A stretch of 64,000 nucleotides of DNA from an uncultured Gemmatimonadales bacterium (GCA_963823035.1 CAWGKG010000014.1:64001-128000), one strand, 5' to 3'. Shown: positions 22,520 to 33,537, numbered from the stretch's first letter. The notes: a model not told the origin generated them from the sequence alone. Made by a program: numbers and translations.

Positions 22520-22996
22520 CTACGCCGGATCCACCCGGAAGAGCACCTGGCCGTACTCCACGGGGTGGGCGTTCTCCACCAGGATCTCGACGATCGTTCC
22601 CTCCACCTCGCACTCGAGCTCGTTCATGAGCTTCATCGCCTCGATGATGCAGAGCGTGTCGCCCTGCGAGACCCGCTTGCCCTTCTCCACGTAGGACGGC
22701 GCGTCCGGCGCCGGCGCCCGGTAGAACGTCCCGACCATCGGCGAGGTGATCTCGAGCAATTTCGACGCCACCACCGGCGGCGCCGGCTCGGGCGCGGCGG
22801 CCGGAGCGCCTCCGGCCGGAGCGGGCGCTCCCGACTGGGCCGGTGGAGCCGCGGCGCCCCCGGCCGACATCACGGTGGCGGGCGGAGGGGACTTCGCCAG
22901 GCGCACACGCGTGCCGCCCCGCTCGATCTCGATCGAGTCGAGGCTGCTGTTGTCGATGGCCTGGATGAGTCGTTCGATAAACTCGAGGTCGATCAT
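22520..22996 (-). CDS. accB: Biotin carboxyl carrier protein
   Basis: Ala/Pro linker, [17 protein letters not shown] biotinylation motif. Confidence 0.97.
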   Translation of the reverse strand: MIDLEFIERLIQAIDNSSLDSIEIERGGTRVRLAKSPPPATVMSAGGAAAPPAQSGAPAPAGGAPAAAPEPAPPVVASKLLEITSPMVGTFYRAPAPDAPSYVEKGKRVSQGDTLCIIEAMKLMNELECEVEGTIVEILVENAHPVEYGQVLFRVDPA

Positions 22997-23000
22997 CCCG

Positions 23001-23561
23001 TCACACCCGTGTGAGGTATTTGTCCTCGCGGCGGTCCACGCGGATCACGTCCCCTTCCTCCACGAAGAGCGGCACCAGTACCACCGCTCCGGTCTCCAGC
23101 TTCGCGGGCTTCGTGCCGCCCTGCGCGGTGTCGCCCTTCAGGCCGGGCTCCGTCTCCGTGACCTCGAGCTCGACGAAGTTGGGCAGCTCCACGCTGATCA
23201 CCTTCTCGTCATGGACCAGCCCCTCGCACTCCATGTTCTCCTTGAGGTACCGGAGCTGGTCGTCGCCGATCACATCGTGCTGGATCGGGATCATCTCGAA
23301 GGTCTGGGCGTCCATGAAGTAGTAGAGCTGGCCGTCGGTGTACGAGTAGGTCACGGGGCGCCGCTCCAGGCGGACGTCGGTGAGCTTCTCGCCCGCCCGG
23401 TACGTACGGTCGACCACCGCCCCGGTGAGGACGTTCTTCAGCTTCGTGCGCACGAACGCGCCGCCCTTGCCGGGCTTCACGTGCTGGAAGTAGGTGATGG
23501 CCCACAGATCGCCGTCGATCTGGAGGACCATCCCGTTGCGGAATTCCGCAGTGCTCGCCAT
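23001..23561 (-). CDS. efp: Elongation factor P
   Basis: [37 protein letters not shown]. Confidence 0.98.
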   Translation of the reverse strand: MASTAEFRNGMVLQIDGDLWAITYFQHVKPGKGGAFVRTKLKNVLTGAVVDRTYRAGEKLTDVRLERRPVTYSYTDGQLYYFMDAQTFEMIPIQHDVIGDDQLRYLKENMECEGLVHDEKVISVELPNFVELEVTETEPGLKGDTAQGGTKPAKLETGAVVLVPLFVEEGDVIRVDRREDKYLTRV

Positions 23562-23581
23562 GCAGCCTCGCCCTGGGGTGG

Positions 23582-24025
23582 TTACGTCTTCTCGTTCTCG
23601 ATCCGGGCTACCAGGCCCCGAAGCCCAAGAAGATAGCTGTGCACCCCGAATCCATAAACCGCGCCGACCGCGACGTCGGCGAGGTAGGAGTGTCTGCGAA
23701 ACGGCTCCCGCGCGGCCGTGTTGGACAGATGGACCTCCACGAAGGGGAGATCCACGCCCAGGAGCGCGTCGCGCAGGGCGATGGAGGTGTGGGTCAGTGC
23801 GCCGGGGTTGACGAGGAAGCCGTCCACGCGCCCGGAGGCCTCTTCGACGAAGTCGAGCACCGCGCCCTCGTGGTTCGACTGGAACGACTCCACCTCCACG
23901 CCGAGCTCGGCGGCGAGGGCCGCGATGGCGCCGTTCACGTCGTCGAGCGTATCCGAGCCGTAGACCGCCGGCTCTCGGCGCCCGAGCAGGCGGAGGTTGG
24001 GTCCGTGGATGACCCCGATTCTCAT
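23582..24025 (-). CDS. aroQ: Type II 3-dehydroquinate dehydratase
   Basis: HGPNLRLLGRREPAVYG, QSNHEG, NPGALTHTS, EVHLSN. Confidence 0.97.
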   Translation of the reverse strand: MRIGVIHGPNLRLLGRREPAVYGSDTLDDVNGAIAALAAELGVEVESFQSNHEGAVLDFVEEASGRVDGFLVNPGALTHTSIALRDALLGVDLPFVEVHLSNTAAREPFRRHSYLADVAVGAVYGFGVHSYLLGLRGLVARIENEKT

Positions 24026-25730
24026 GCGTCGGGCCCGGTGGGCCCCGCCGCGTCCAGCTCCCCTCCCTTCCCCTTCGTCGCCTTCCGCCGCCTCGCCCTG
24101 GATGACTCCCTTCGGGCTCCCAGGTCAGACAGGCGCTCGAAGTACCGACCGATGGCAGGTCCGGCGACCGGCGCGTCCTCCGCGTCCTCCCGCGTCCAGG
24201 CGAAGGGCGTCTCGACCTCGTGCAGCGCCTGCTGGGCCTGGGCGTCCCACGGGTGGCCGCTCATGCCCTCGTCTTCGTCGGACGAAGGTGCGACGACCCC
24301 GTACGGGTCGTGGGCCGCTTCCGCCGCTTCCGCGGCCGCGGCCGCCTCGGCCGCCTCGAGCTCGGCGATGCGTCGCCGAAGTCCAGGATCGCCCGGCGTG
24401 GCGTCGAGGAGCTGCCGGAAGACCTCCAGGGCCCGATCGGTCAATCCCTGACGCGCGTAGAGCTCGGCCATCGTGCGGGTGACGAGTTGCGGCTCGTCGG
24501 ACAACTCGTCCGAGGGGAGCGGGTCGTCCGGGAGCACGTCGGCGGAGGACACGCCCGCGTCGGAAGCGAAGACCACGATGCCCGGGTCCTCCTGCGACAC
24601 CCACCCCGGGGTGGGTGCCAGGTCGTCCAGCTCCACGAGGGGCTCGTCGGGAAGCAGCTCCGCGGCATCAGGTACCGGTTCGGACGCGTCGTCCGGCGCA
24701 GCGGCGCGAGGTCTCGAGGTCAGGCGTCTCCGACTCGTCAGGCTCCTCGTCGGCGGGCTCGTCCGGCGCCAGCGCCGCCAGGTCCATCACGTCTTCCTCG
24801 TCCGGCGCGGCCTCGTCCGGCGCCAGCGCCGCCAGGTCCATCACGTCTTCCTCGTCCGCGGGCTCGTCCGGCGCGAGCGCCGCCAGGTCCATCACGTCTT
24901 CCTCGTCGGCGGGCTCGTCCGGCGCCAGCGCCGCCAGGTCCATCACGTCTTCCTCGTCCGCCACCTCGTCCGGCGCCTCGTCCGGCGCCAGCGCCGCCAG
25001 GTCCATCACCGTCTTCCTCGTCCGCGCGGCCTCGTCCGGCGCCAGCGCCGCCAGGTCCATCACGTCTTCCTCGTCCGCCGCCTCGTCCGGCGCCAGCGCC
25101 GCCAGGTCCATCACGTCTTCCTCGTCCGCCACCTCGTCCGGCGCCAGCGCCGCCAGGTCCATCACGTCTTCCTCGTCGGCCGCCTCGTCCGGCGCCAGCG
25201 CCGCCAGGTCCATCACGTCTTCCTCGTCGGCCGCCTCGTCCGGCGCCAGCGCCGCCAGGTCCATCACGTCTTCCTCGTCGGCCACCTCGTCCGGCGCCAG
25301 CGCCGCCAGGTCCATCACGTCTTCCTCGTCGGCCACCTCGTCCGGCGCGGCAGGCGCTCGCTCCTGTCAGCTGGGCCAGATGCGACCGGAGCGAGGCGGC
25401 CTCGTCGGGGATCCCGCGCTGCTCGAGGGCTCCGGCCAGGAGCTCGAGGCCGAGGACGTTGTCCTCGTCCAGCTCGAGCACCCGTCGGGCCGCGATCTCG
25501 GCTTCCTCGACGAGCCCCTTCTCGAGGTAGAGCCGCGCCGCGACGGCGTGCGCGGACGCGAAGTTCGGATGGCGCTCGAGCCCGTCGTTGAGGAGCTCCA
25601 CCGCCTGGCGGAAGGCTCCCGACCGGCGGTAGGCGTCTGCGAGGGGGACGAAGGCCCGGCCGTCGGGATCTCGGTCGGACCAGAAGAGGGTCCGGAGGAC
25701 CCGGATCTCCTGATCGAGGGGAATCGACAT
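24022..25730 (-). CDS. TPR protein with central acidic tandem-repeat linker; frameshifts near 25350 and 24680
   Basis: N-terminal TPRs (FVPLADAYRRSG..AVELLNDGLERHPNF), 11 repeats, and a C-terminal TPR (TRTMAELYARQGLTDRALEVFRQLL); pieces are ORFs 24738..25961, 24668..25336 and 24022..24636. Confidence 0.8.
24752..25345 (-). repeat. Coding tandem repeat: 11 copies of a ~51-bp unit (DEEDVMDLAALAPDE[V/A/P]A)
   Basis: Near-identical unit tccatcacgtcttcctcgtcggccgcctcgtccggcgccagcgccgccagg on the + strand, with no unique spacers. Confidence 0.97.
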
Positions 25731-25820
25731 GCGGGCTCGGAAAAGAGAAGTACTCGGCGGCCACGCGCGGGCCCGGAACGCCCCGGGCGCGGCGACGTGC
25801 CGAGAGGGTGACGCCGCGCC

Positions 25821-25850
25821 AAGATACGGAACCGCGCGAAAAAGTGTCAA
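25821..25850 (-). promoter_or_regulatory. Sigma70-type promoter TTGACA-N18-TATCTT for the TPR-aroQ-efp-accBC run
   Basis: Perfect -35 at 25850-25845 and -10 at 25826-25821, in a divergent intergenic region. Confidence 0.7.
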
Positions 25851-25968
25851 CGACACGCGCACTGCGGGACCACGCTCCGGGCGGAAACATCCCGTTCGCA
25901 GACCTGTATGTGATCCAGGGAGTTCGCGCCCGGCTTTCGGCCCTCTCGGGTCGGCCACCATCCGCTCG

Positions 25969-25997
25969 TTGAGGGTGTGTGGGCGAGCCGTTATCCT
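25969..25997 (+). promoter_or_regulatory. Putative promoter TTGAGG-N17-TATCCT of the SurA/PpiD-like gene
   Basis: Hexamers at 25969-25974 and 25992-25997, about 65 nt before ATG 26062. Confidence 0.5.
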
Positions 25998-26061
25998 TTC
26001 AGGTCTATTCCGGGACGTTTTTCGTGCACACCTGCTCAGAGGTCGTGGGAGACGCTGTCCT

Positions 26062-27907
26062 ATGATGCGTCAGATGCGAGAGGCCACGAAGCCGATCATG
26101 ATCTTCACGGCGGCGGCGTTCGTGGCACTCATGGTCTTCCAGTGGGGCATGGACATCACCGGCCGCAGCTCGGGCGGCGCCGGTGAGATCGGCACCGTCA
26201 ATGGCGATGCCGTGTCCTACGACGCCTACATGGCCTCCTACCGGAACCTGTACGACCAGGTCCAGCAGTCCCAGCAGGAGCCCATCACCTCCCAGCAGAA
26301 CAAGGAGATCGAGGACGGCGCCTTCGACCAGGTCGTGAACCAGATCCTGATCCGTCAGGAGCTGGACCGGCGCGGGATCTCCGTGACGAACCAGGAGATC
26401 CAGCAGGCCGCGCAGTACGCGCCGCCCGCCGAGCTGCGTCCGCAGTTCACGGATTCCGACGGGCCGCTTCGACATGCCGGCCTATCAGACCTTCCTGGCG
26501 TCCCTCCCCCAGGACCAGCTGCTCCTCCTGGAGGCCTACTACCGGGACATCATCCCGCGGGGCAAGCTCCTGCGGCAGGTCTCGTCGGGGATCTACCTTT
26601 CGGACGCCGACCTGTGGCAGCGCTACCGCGACGCCCACGAGACGGTGCAGATCCGGTACGTGCCCCTGAACCCGTCGACGCGCTACGACGACGCGGACTT
26701 CACCGTCGACGCAGCCGAGGTGAAGGCCTACTACGACGCCCACCAGGACGAGTTCGAGGTTCCGGCACGCGCCACGGTGAAAGCCGTCGTGATGACCAAG
26801 GCCCCCACGGCTTCCGATACGGCCGCCGCCCTGGAGCGGGCGGAGGAGCTGCGCCAGGAGATCGTGGACGGCGCCGACTTCGCCGACGTGGCACGCCGGG
26901 AGTCTTCGGACAGCACGTCCGCCCGCCAGGGCGGCGACCTGGGGACGTTCGCGAAGGGCCGCATGGTCGGGCCCTTCGACTCGGCGGTGTTCGCGGCCCG
27001 CGTCGGGCGCGTGACCGAGCCGGTGAAGTCGAGCTTCGGCTATCACGTCATCGAGGTCACCCAGCGGTGGGGCTCGGACAGCGCGCAGGCCCGGCACATC
27101 CTGGTGCCGATCGAGCGCACGGACTCGAGCGAGATCGCCCTCCTGACGCGAGCCGACTCCCTCGAAGAGCTGTCGGCCAACGACGGGCTGGACGCCGCCG
27201 CGCAGGGCGTCGGCCTCTCGGTCACGACCGTCGACATCACGTCGAACTTCCCGTTCCTCGTGGGCGCGGGGCAGATCGGCGAGGGCGCGGACTGGGCCTT
27301 CGAGGACGCCAGCCCGGGCGACGTCAGCCCGGTGTTCGAGAACGACCAGGCGTTCTACGCCCTGGAGCTGGTGAGCGGCGAGCCGGCAGGCGTGCTGCCG
27401 CTGGACCAGGCGCGCACGTCCATCGAGGCGACGCTGCGCATGGACAAGAAGCTCGAGCGGGCGCGCGACGAGGGCCAGAAGCTGGTGGACCGCGTGCGCG
27501 CCGGCGAGGCGCTGCCCAACGTGGCGGCCGACCTGGGCCTCGAGGTCCGGGACGCAGGCCCGTTCACCCGCAACGACTTCGTACCCGGCATCGGGCGACA
27601 GAACGCGGCGGTCGGCGCGGCCTTCGCGCTGCAGCCCGGCGAGGTGAGCGACGTGGTGACCACGCCGTCGAACGCCTTCGTCATCCAGGACGCCGAGCAC
27701 ACGCCTGCCGATTCGACGGCGTGGGCGGATCAGAAGGCGCAGCAGCAGGAGTCGATCGCCCAGTCGCTGCAGCAGCAGCGGATGCAGGAGTGGATGGCGG
27801 CGTTGCGCAAGGCGGCGAAAATCGTGGACCGGCGTGACGAGGTCCTGAAGCCGGCGGACGACGTCGGTCAGGGGCTGCCGGCGCAGGGGGGCCGGGGGCC
27901 CTTCTAG
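26062..27907 (+). CDS. SurA-N/PpiD-like parvulin peptidyl-prolyl isomerase; frameshift near 26465
   Basis: N-terminal anchor (AFVALMVFQWGM), GTVNG, parvulin FADVARRESSD..GGDLGTF..MVGPFDSAVF..SSFGYHVI. Confidence 0.9.
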
Positions 27908-27932
27908 ACCCCACCGCTTCGACGTACGGCGA

Positions 27933-27964
27933 AAGGGCCGGGACGCTTCGGCGTCCCGGCCCTT
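27933..27964. terminator. Probable bidirectional intrinsic terminator between the convergent foldase and tatA genes
   Basis: 14-bp perfect stem AAGGGCCGGGACGC / GCGTCCCGGCCCTT with a TTCG loop. Confidence 0.8.
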
Positions 27965-28008
27965 CTCGTACCCTCGTCCCGCGTGGTCCTGGGGTTCCTA
28001 CGCGGAGG

Positions 28009-28272
28009 TCACTCGCTCGAGCTGACGCGCTCCGACCCGTCGCTGAGCTTCTTCGGCTCGCGGTCTTCACCGCTCGGCGGAGGCGTCGTTCGGTGCACGG
28101 GCTCCTCGGGCTTCTTGAGCTCGTGCTCGATCTCGCGCACGGAGCTCTTGAACTCCCGGATGCCCTTCCCGAGGGCGGAGCCGATCTCGGGGAGGCGCTT
28201 CGCTCCGAAGAGAAGGAGCACGACGAGGAAGAGGAGGATCATCTCCCCCATTCCGAAGCTGCCGAATCCCAT
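28009..28272 (-). CDS. tatA: Twin-arginine translocase TatA
   Basis: LLLFGAKRLPEIGSALGKGIREFK. Confidence 0.95.
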   Translation of the reverse strand: MGFGSFGMGEMILLFLVVLLLFGAKRLPEIGSALGKGIREFKSSVREIEHELKKPEEPVHRTTPPPSGEDREPKKLSDGSERVSSSE

Positions 28273-28322
28273 GTTCCTATCCCTCCATGCGGAGCCCGTG
28301 GCCCCGCGGGTTCAAGATCGCG

Positions 28323-28601
28323 TCAGATCCACGACCGTGCGACCAGGGCTACCATGCCGATGCCCACCAGCGTCAGCACGTTGAGCGTGACCGAGAAGGG
28401 GCCGAGGCTGAAAGCCATGGCCACCAGGTCCACGTCCAGAGGACCGAACGCCGCGTGCACGGACGTCGTGAGGAAGTCGCGTGCGGCGCTGTCCGGCAGG
28501 AACGTCTCACAGAGCTTCGTGAGGAGCCCGCCGAGGAAGAGTCCGAGGACCAGCGTCCAGGCGAGCCTGACGATGCCCCGCCGCCGGGTGTCAACGAGCA
28601 T
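28323..28601 (-). CDS. Small membrane protein (DUF4321-like)
   Basis: Two hydrophobic segments and FGPLDVDLVAMAFSLG..LNVLTLVG; family assignment from memory. Confidence 0.65.
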   Translation of the reverse strand: MLVDTRRRGIVRLAWTLVLGLFLGGLLTKLCETFLPDSAARDFLTTSVHAAFGPLDVDLVAMAFSLGPFSVTLNVLTLVGIGMVALVARSWI

Positions 28602-28659
28602 ACCGATCCCGAAGGCCAAGGGTTCCAGGGATACGTGGCGCCGTATGCATTGTCCGAGA

Positions 28660-29655
28660 TCAACGGCTCCGATCCACGGCATAGGAAACGGAATCGCGAA
28701 GGGCCTCCAAGGCCACGCTCTCCCCGAGGCCGGACAGGGCTTCCTCGGCCATGTCGGCGTAGTGGCGGGCGCGGCTCATCGCGTAGTCGAGGCCACCGCG
28801 GTCGGTCACGATGCGCACGATGCGGGAGATCTCCTCGTCGGTGGGGTCGACACGGGTGAAGAAGTCGCGGATCTCGGCCTCCTCCGCCGCGTCGGCGCTG
28901 CCCATGGCACCCACCAGGGGCAGGGTCACCTTCCGCTCGCGGAGATCGTGCCCGGTCGGCTTGCCCGTCACCGCCTCGGTGCCGGTATAGTCGAGGAGGT
29001 CGTCGGCGATCTGGAAGGCCATGCCGAGGTTGTGCCCGAAACGGGACAGCGCCTCCCGGTGCGCGGGGACGCCGGCCAGCGCACCCATCTCGCAGGCCGC
29101 CGACATCAGGGAGGCCGTCTTGGCGGCGATCAGCCGGTAGTAGTCCTGCTCGGTGAAGTCGAGCGCGTCGTACGAGGTGAGCTGGCGCATCTCCCCGACG
29201 CTCATCTCATTGGCCGCCTGAGCCAGAACGGCCAGCGCGTCCAGGTTGCCCAGGTGGGCCAGCTCCGTGACGCCGCGGCTGTACAGGTAGTCGCCCATGA
29301 TGATGGCGACCTGATGGGTCCACAGGGCGTTCACGGTGGGCAGGCCGCGTCGCAGCACGGAATGGTCGACCGCGTCGTCGTGGACGAGCGTGGCGAGGTG
29401 TACGAGCTCCACCACCGCGGCCAGCGTCAGCGCGTCGTCCGAGGGCTCGCCGCCCACCCGGCTCGACAGGAGGAGCAGCGTGGGCCGGAACAGCTTCCCC
29501 TGCATGAACAGAAGGTGCTCGTTGACCTCCTCGATCATCTGGAAGTCCGACAGCACGATCCGCCGGATCTCGGCGCCCACGCGCTCCAGCTCGGCGCGCA
29601 CGGGTGCCTGGATGGCCGAAAGCCGGGGCGGGCCGCCGCGGACGACCTGGCTCAC
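28660..29655 (-). CDS. Long-chain polyprenyl diphosphate synthase (IspB/HepT-like)
   Basis: GKLFRP, HLATLVHDDAVD (Ala at -5 of the FARM indicates long chain), KTA, FQIADDLLD, GKP.GHDL. Confidence 0.93.
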   Translation of the reverse strand: MSQVVRGGPPRLSAIQAPVRAELERVGAEIRRIVLSDFQMIEEVNEHLLFMQGKLFRPTLLLLSSRVGGEPSDDALTLAAVVELVHLATLVHDDAVDHSVLRRGLPTVNALWTHQVAIIMGDYLYSRGVTELAHLGNLDALAVLAQAANEMSVGEMRQLTSYDALDFTEQDYYRLIAAKTASLMSAACEMGALAGVPAHREALSRFGHNLGMAFQIADDLLDYTGTEAVTGKPTGHDLRERKVTLPLVGAMGSADAAEEAEIRDFFTRVDPTDEEISRIVRIVTDRGGLDYAMSRARHYADMAEEALSGLGESVALEALRDSVSYAVDRSR

Positions 29656-29718
29656 GCCAGGTTCCAGGGGGGCCGGCACGGGGCGGGCAGCGGATGGAGG
29701 GGAGTCATGGAGTCGCCG

Positions 29719-31932
29719 TCAGCGAAGCGCCCGCAGGCGCTCGGTGACGTCCGCGAAGTTGATGTCGAGTGAGAACACGCGGTCGTAGAACTCGACGGCG
29801 TCTTCCTTCTTGCCCATCTCCTCGTACGCCCGCGCCAGGTAGTAGTAGATGCCGATCAACTCGTCCTCGATCTCGTAATCGACCTCGAGGGCGCGCTCCA
29901 GCGAGCGGATCGCCATGTCCGTGCGGCCCATGTCCATGAACGTCTGTCCGAGCATCTCGTACGTTGGGAGGTGGGCCGCCGAGGCTCGCAGCGCCTGCTG
30001 GAACTCCGACACCGCCTCGTCGTAGAGACCCATCTCCTTGTAGGCCGTCCCGAGGTCGTGGTGCGACCTGCACGTCGTCGGCGTCGAGGTTCTCGGAGAC
30101 CTTCTCCTTGAACTGCGACAGCATCTTCGCGAAGTCGGCCTGCTCGTCCCCGGAGGGCTCCTGGTAGGCCACCACGAAGCGCGTGGTCTTCTCGGTCTCG
30201 TCGTCGAGGACGAGCGCGCCCAGGTCGACGTACTCCTCGTGGGCGGCGACTTCCTTCACGGGCTCCGGTGCCGCGCCGGCGGCCTGACCCAGCGCGGCCT
30301 TCGCGACCTCGTTGGCCGGATCGTGCTGGAGGCACTGCTGGAAGGCGACCTTGGCCCGCGCGGGCTGGCCCGCCCGCCGGAGCGTTTCCCCGAGACCCAG
30401 GTAGGCCGCCGCGACTGCGGCCTCGTCGCCCGACCGGTAGGCCGTCTCGACCAGCCGCTGGCGGAGGTTCACGTCGTCCGGCTCGTCCGCGATCCGCGCG
30501 CGGAGCGACTCGAGCGTCGGCGCTTCCTCGTCGGTCGCCTGGGTCTCGACGTCGCCGGCCGCCTCTTCCACGGCCTCCTCGCGTGCCTCGGCCGACAGGG
30601 CTCCCTCTTCCTCGGTCGCGAAGTCGATCATCGGAAGCTCGACGGGCTCCTCCGCTTCTTCCTCCTCGCTTCTTCCTCCACCTCCCCGACCTCGCCCAGC
30701 TCCGTCTCGAAGTCGATCAAGGGAAGCTCGAACCCCTCCGCCTCGTCGCCCTCCTCTACGTGGACGACCTCGCCGATCTCCTCGTCGTCGAACTCCATCA
30801 GCGGTAGCTCGAACGGCTCGTCCGCCTGCTCGGCGTAGACCTCTTCGGCGTATTCCTCCTCGGAAATCGCTTCGCCCTGCTCCTCGATCCCGGCGAACGG
30901 GACGCTCACGGGCAGGTCCGCCAGGAAGTCGACGGCGTCCTCTGCGACGGGCGCCTCCTCCTCGGACACGGCCTCCGCGACGGGCGCCTTCTCCTCCGAT
31001 GCGGCCTCCGCGACGGGCGCCTCCTCCTCGGATGCCGCCTCCTCCCCGGCGGCATCCTCGTCGTCCCTCTCCCCGCCTGCTTCTTCTTCCTGCTCGTCGA
31101 TGTACCCGGGCGCGTCCTCCCCGGCGAGATCCCGCTCCATGGAGGACACGTCGAGGACGTCACCCCCGAAGTCGAACGCCGCGGTCTCGTCGGGCGTGTC
31201 GGCGGGAAAGGAGGCGCCGACCTCGATGTCCCCGTAGCTGTCGACGATCTCGGCGTCCTCTCCCACCCCGGATCCGAAGACCAACTCGTCGGCGGTCCGG
31301 GTCGGCTCCATCACGGCGGAGAGGTCCGCGTCGGGGTCGAGCTCGCGGATCTTCGTCTCGATGTCGAACGCCGACATCGTCTCGCCCTTGCCCATCAGCG
31401 CGTGGTAGGCCACGGACAGCTGGCCCACGGCGTCGCCGACACGGCCGCGCAAGGCCATCTGGTCGGCGACGGCGATGCGCACGTCGAAGTCGTCGGGGGC
31501 CAGGTCACAGAACTCCACCAGCGCCCGGAAGGACTCGTCCAGGTCCCCGACCTGCTGCATTCGTTCCGCGTACGTGAGGAAGTTCGTGCGCGCGTCGGGA
31601 AGGAACCCCTGCTGAGCCCGGATCTGGCCCATGCGCAGATAGGCGTCGTGACGATCGGGCACATTGCGGATGATCTTCTTGCAGACCGCGATCGCGTTGT
31701 TGGGAAGCCCGGACTCCATGTAGAGGTCAACGGCACGGCCGTAGTGCTCCACCGCGTCGTCGAGCCGTCCGACGCGCACATAGAGGTCACCGACCCGGTT
31801 GTAGAGGCCGATGTCCGGCTGATCCTCCGCCTCCAGCCGGTGGATGGCCTTCTTGTACTGGTCCAGCGCCTTGAGCCACTCCTCCTTCTGCTCGTGGCGT
31901 CGGGCCTGTTCCTTGAGGGTCTCGATGCTCAT
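29719..31932 (-). CDS. Large TPR scaffold with acidic linker (SgmX-like architecture); frameshifts near 30650 and 30060
   Basis: N-terminal TPRs (YNRVGDLYVRVG, NNAIAVCKKI), D/E-rich linker, FAKMLSQFKEKV, HDLGTAYKEMGLYDEAVSEFQQAL, ending DINFADVTERL. Confidence 0.82.
30940..31043 (-). repeat. 33-bp coding repeat x3 (EAASEEEAPVA)
   Basis: EAASEEEAPVA-EAASEEKAPVA-EAVSEEEAPVA in the acidic linker. Confidence 0.85.
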
Positions 31933-32308
31933 GAGTCGTCCGGATTCTCCGTTCCGCTCGCCGCTCCTTCGGGCGGAGCGCCTGCCTTCCTCACTCGGTG
32001 CCGACCAGCCAGCCTGCTCCAGGGACACGACAAAGCGTCTCCGCGTCCCTGGAAAGGCGGCCGGCGAAATGCTCGGTGACGCGTTGCGAGGCGATGCGGG
32101 CAGGACCGAGGTCGAGAAGGTCTAATCTGTCCTACGCCGCCTGAAGCACAAGGGCGCCGGGCCCGACGGATCGGCCCGGAGACCGGGTTTCCGCCGCCTT
32201 GCGCCCCTCACCCCCAGACGCACCCCGGGGGGTCGCCACCACCGTGACGACTCCCCCGAGGAGAAACATACGGCGCCCGGCATGCGCGCCGCGAGCGAGA
32301 CGATCCGG

Positions 32309-33448
32309 CTACCGCACGGTGATCCGCCCGAGCGCCGTCGCCAGGTTGGGCTCGTCGGGCACGAGCTGGTAGGCCCAGTCGAACACCATCAGGGCGTGGT
32401 CGTCCTGGTCGAACCCGAGCGTCACGACCCTGATGACGGCGTAGTGCGTGCGGCCGTCGTCGCCGCGGACCCGGAGCACGTAGCTCGTCTGGGAGGAGAG
32501 CCCCACGTCCTGCGTCGTGTAGCCCGACCCCGGAGCGCTGGACACGTCCACGCAGGACCCGTCGGCGGCCACGCCGCACTTCAGCGCCGTGGTCTCGAAG
32601 CCCGTCGGGTAGACCTCCGTCCCGGGACCCGGAACCAGCCACCAACCGGAATCGTCGACCTCGAGCCGGAAATGTCGGTCGGAAGCGCTTCCGCTCACGA
32701 TGGGATTCGTGTTCTCGTCCGCCTGGAAGCGGAAGCCCGAGACGGCCGGCTGGCCGAAGAAGTCGTACAGCCATTCCCCGTGGTAGTCGGGCCGCGGGGT
32801 GCCGGACGCCAGCCCACTCCCCCCGCTCTCGTGGCCCTGGTCGTCCACGGCCGTGACGAAGTAGCTGTACGTCTGACCATTCTGCGCCAGCTGGTCGAGG
32901 AATCCCTCGGAATCGGTCTCGCCCAGGAGGTACTCGGTGCCGTCGCCCGCGTCGAAGTACACGCGGTAGAAGGAGAAGTCGGACGCGTCACGCGCGTTGC
33001 CCGACCAGCGCAGGTAGTTGGCGTGATCCAGCGCCACGACCTGGAAGCCCGTCGGGACGGGCGGGGGCGTGGGCTGCGGGACGTCGACCTGCACCGAGTA
33101 GTCGGTGGGCGTCTCCACGCCGGAGTCCGGGTCCACCGCGGACACGTAGTACTCGTAGCTCTGACCGCCGAGGATATTGCGGTCCTCGTACGAGCACACC
33201 CCGCCCGCGCAGCTCGAAACCTCCGCGATCAGGAAGTAGTCGGCGTCCGTCACCCGCTTCGAGTAGACCCGGAACGTCTCCTGATTCCAGTCGGGCGCGA
33301 GCTCCCAGGTCACGCGCACCACGCCGGCGTAGTAGTAGGCATCGAGGTTCCGCGGCGCCGCCGGATCGCCCACGGGCACGAGTACGGTATTGTCGCAGCC
33401 CACGAGGGCAGCAGTCACCAACAGGCTCGCCATCACCGCGCGTCTCAT
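32309..33448 (-). CDS. Lipoprotein with two fibronectin type III-like domains
   Basis: Lipobox LVGC; FN3-like patterns PRNL..W..FRVY..YEYYVSAVD and PTGF..W..YRVY..YSYFVTAVD. Confidence 0.8.
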   Translation of the reverse strand: MRRAVMASLLVTAALVGCDNTVLVPVGDPAAPRNLDAYYYAGVVRVTWELAPDWNQETFRVYSKRVTDADYFLIAEVSSCAGGVCSYEDRNILGGQSYEYYVSAVDPDSGVETPTDYSVQVDVPQPTPPPVPTGFQVVALDHANYLRWSGNARDASDFSFYRVYFDAGDGTEYLLGETDSEGFLDQLAQNGQTYSYFVTAVDDQGHESGGSGLASGTPRPDYHGEWLYDFFGQPAVSGFRFQADENTNPIVSGSASDRHFRLEVDDSGWWLVPGPGTEVYPTGFETTALKCGVAADGSCVDVSSAPGSGYTTQDVGLSSQTSYVLRVRGDDGRTHYAVIRVVTLGFDQDDHALMVFDWAYQLVPDEPNLATALGRITVR

Positions 33449-33521
33449 CTTCCCTCCCGGACCTGGTCGTCGCCGACCCCTCTCGAGGCCCTGGCATGTT
33501 CCCCGTCGGCCCACATCTATG

Positions 33522-33537
33522 AGCACAGGCCGTACCG
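33522..33537 (-). promoter_or_regulatory. Putative sigma54 promoter (CGGTAC-N5-GTGCT) of the FN3 lipoprotein gene
   Basis: GG-N10-GC spacing about 75 nt upstream of the ATG, with an AT-rich imperfect palindrome at 33542-33570. Confidence 0.5.

Noticed and set aside
24752..25345. 51-bp repeat array as a CRISPR array
   Set aside because: No unique spacers, unit length is a multiple of 3 and in frame within a protein, and no cas genes are present.
32150..32260. GC-rich hairpins as an ncRNA or riboswitch
   Set aside because: Imperfect stems with no recognisable family motifs; at most a weak terminator of the FN3 lipoprotein gene.
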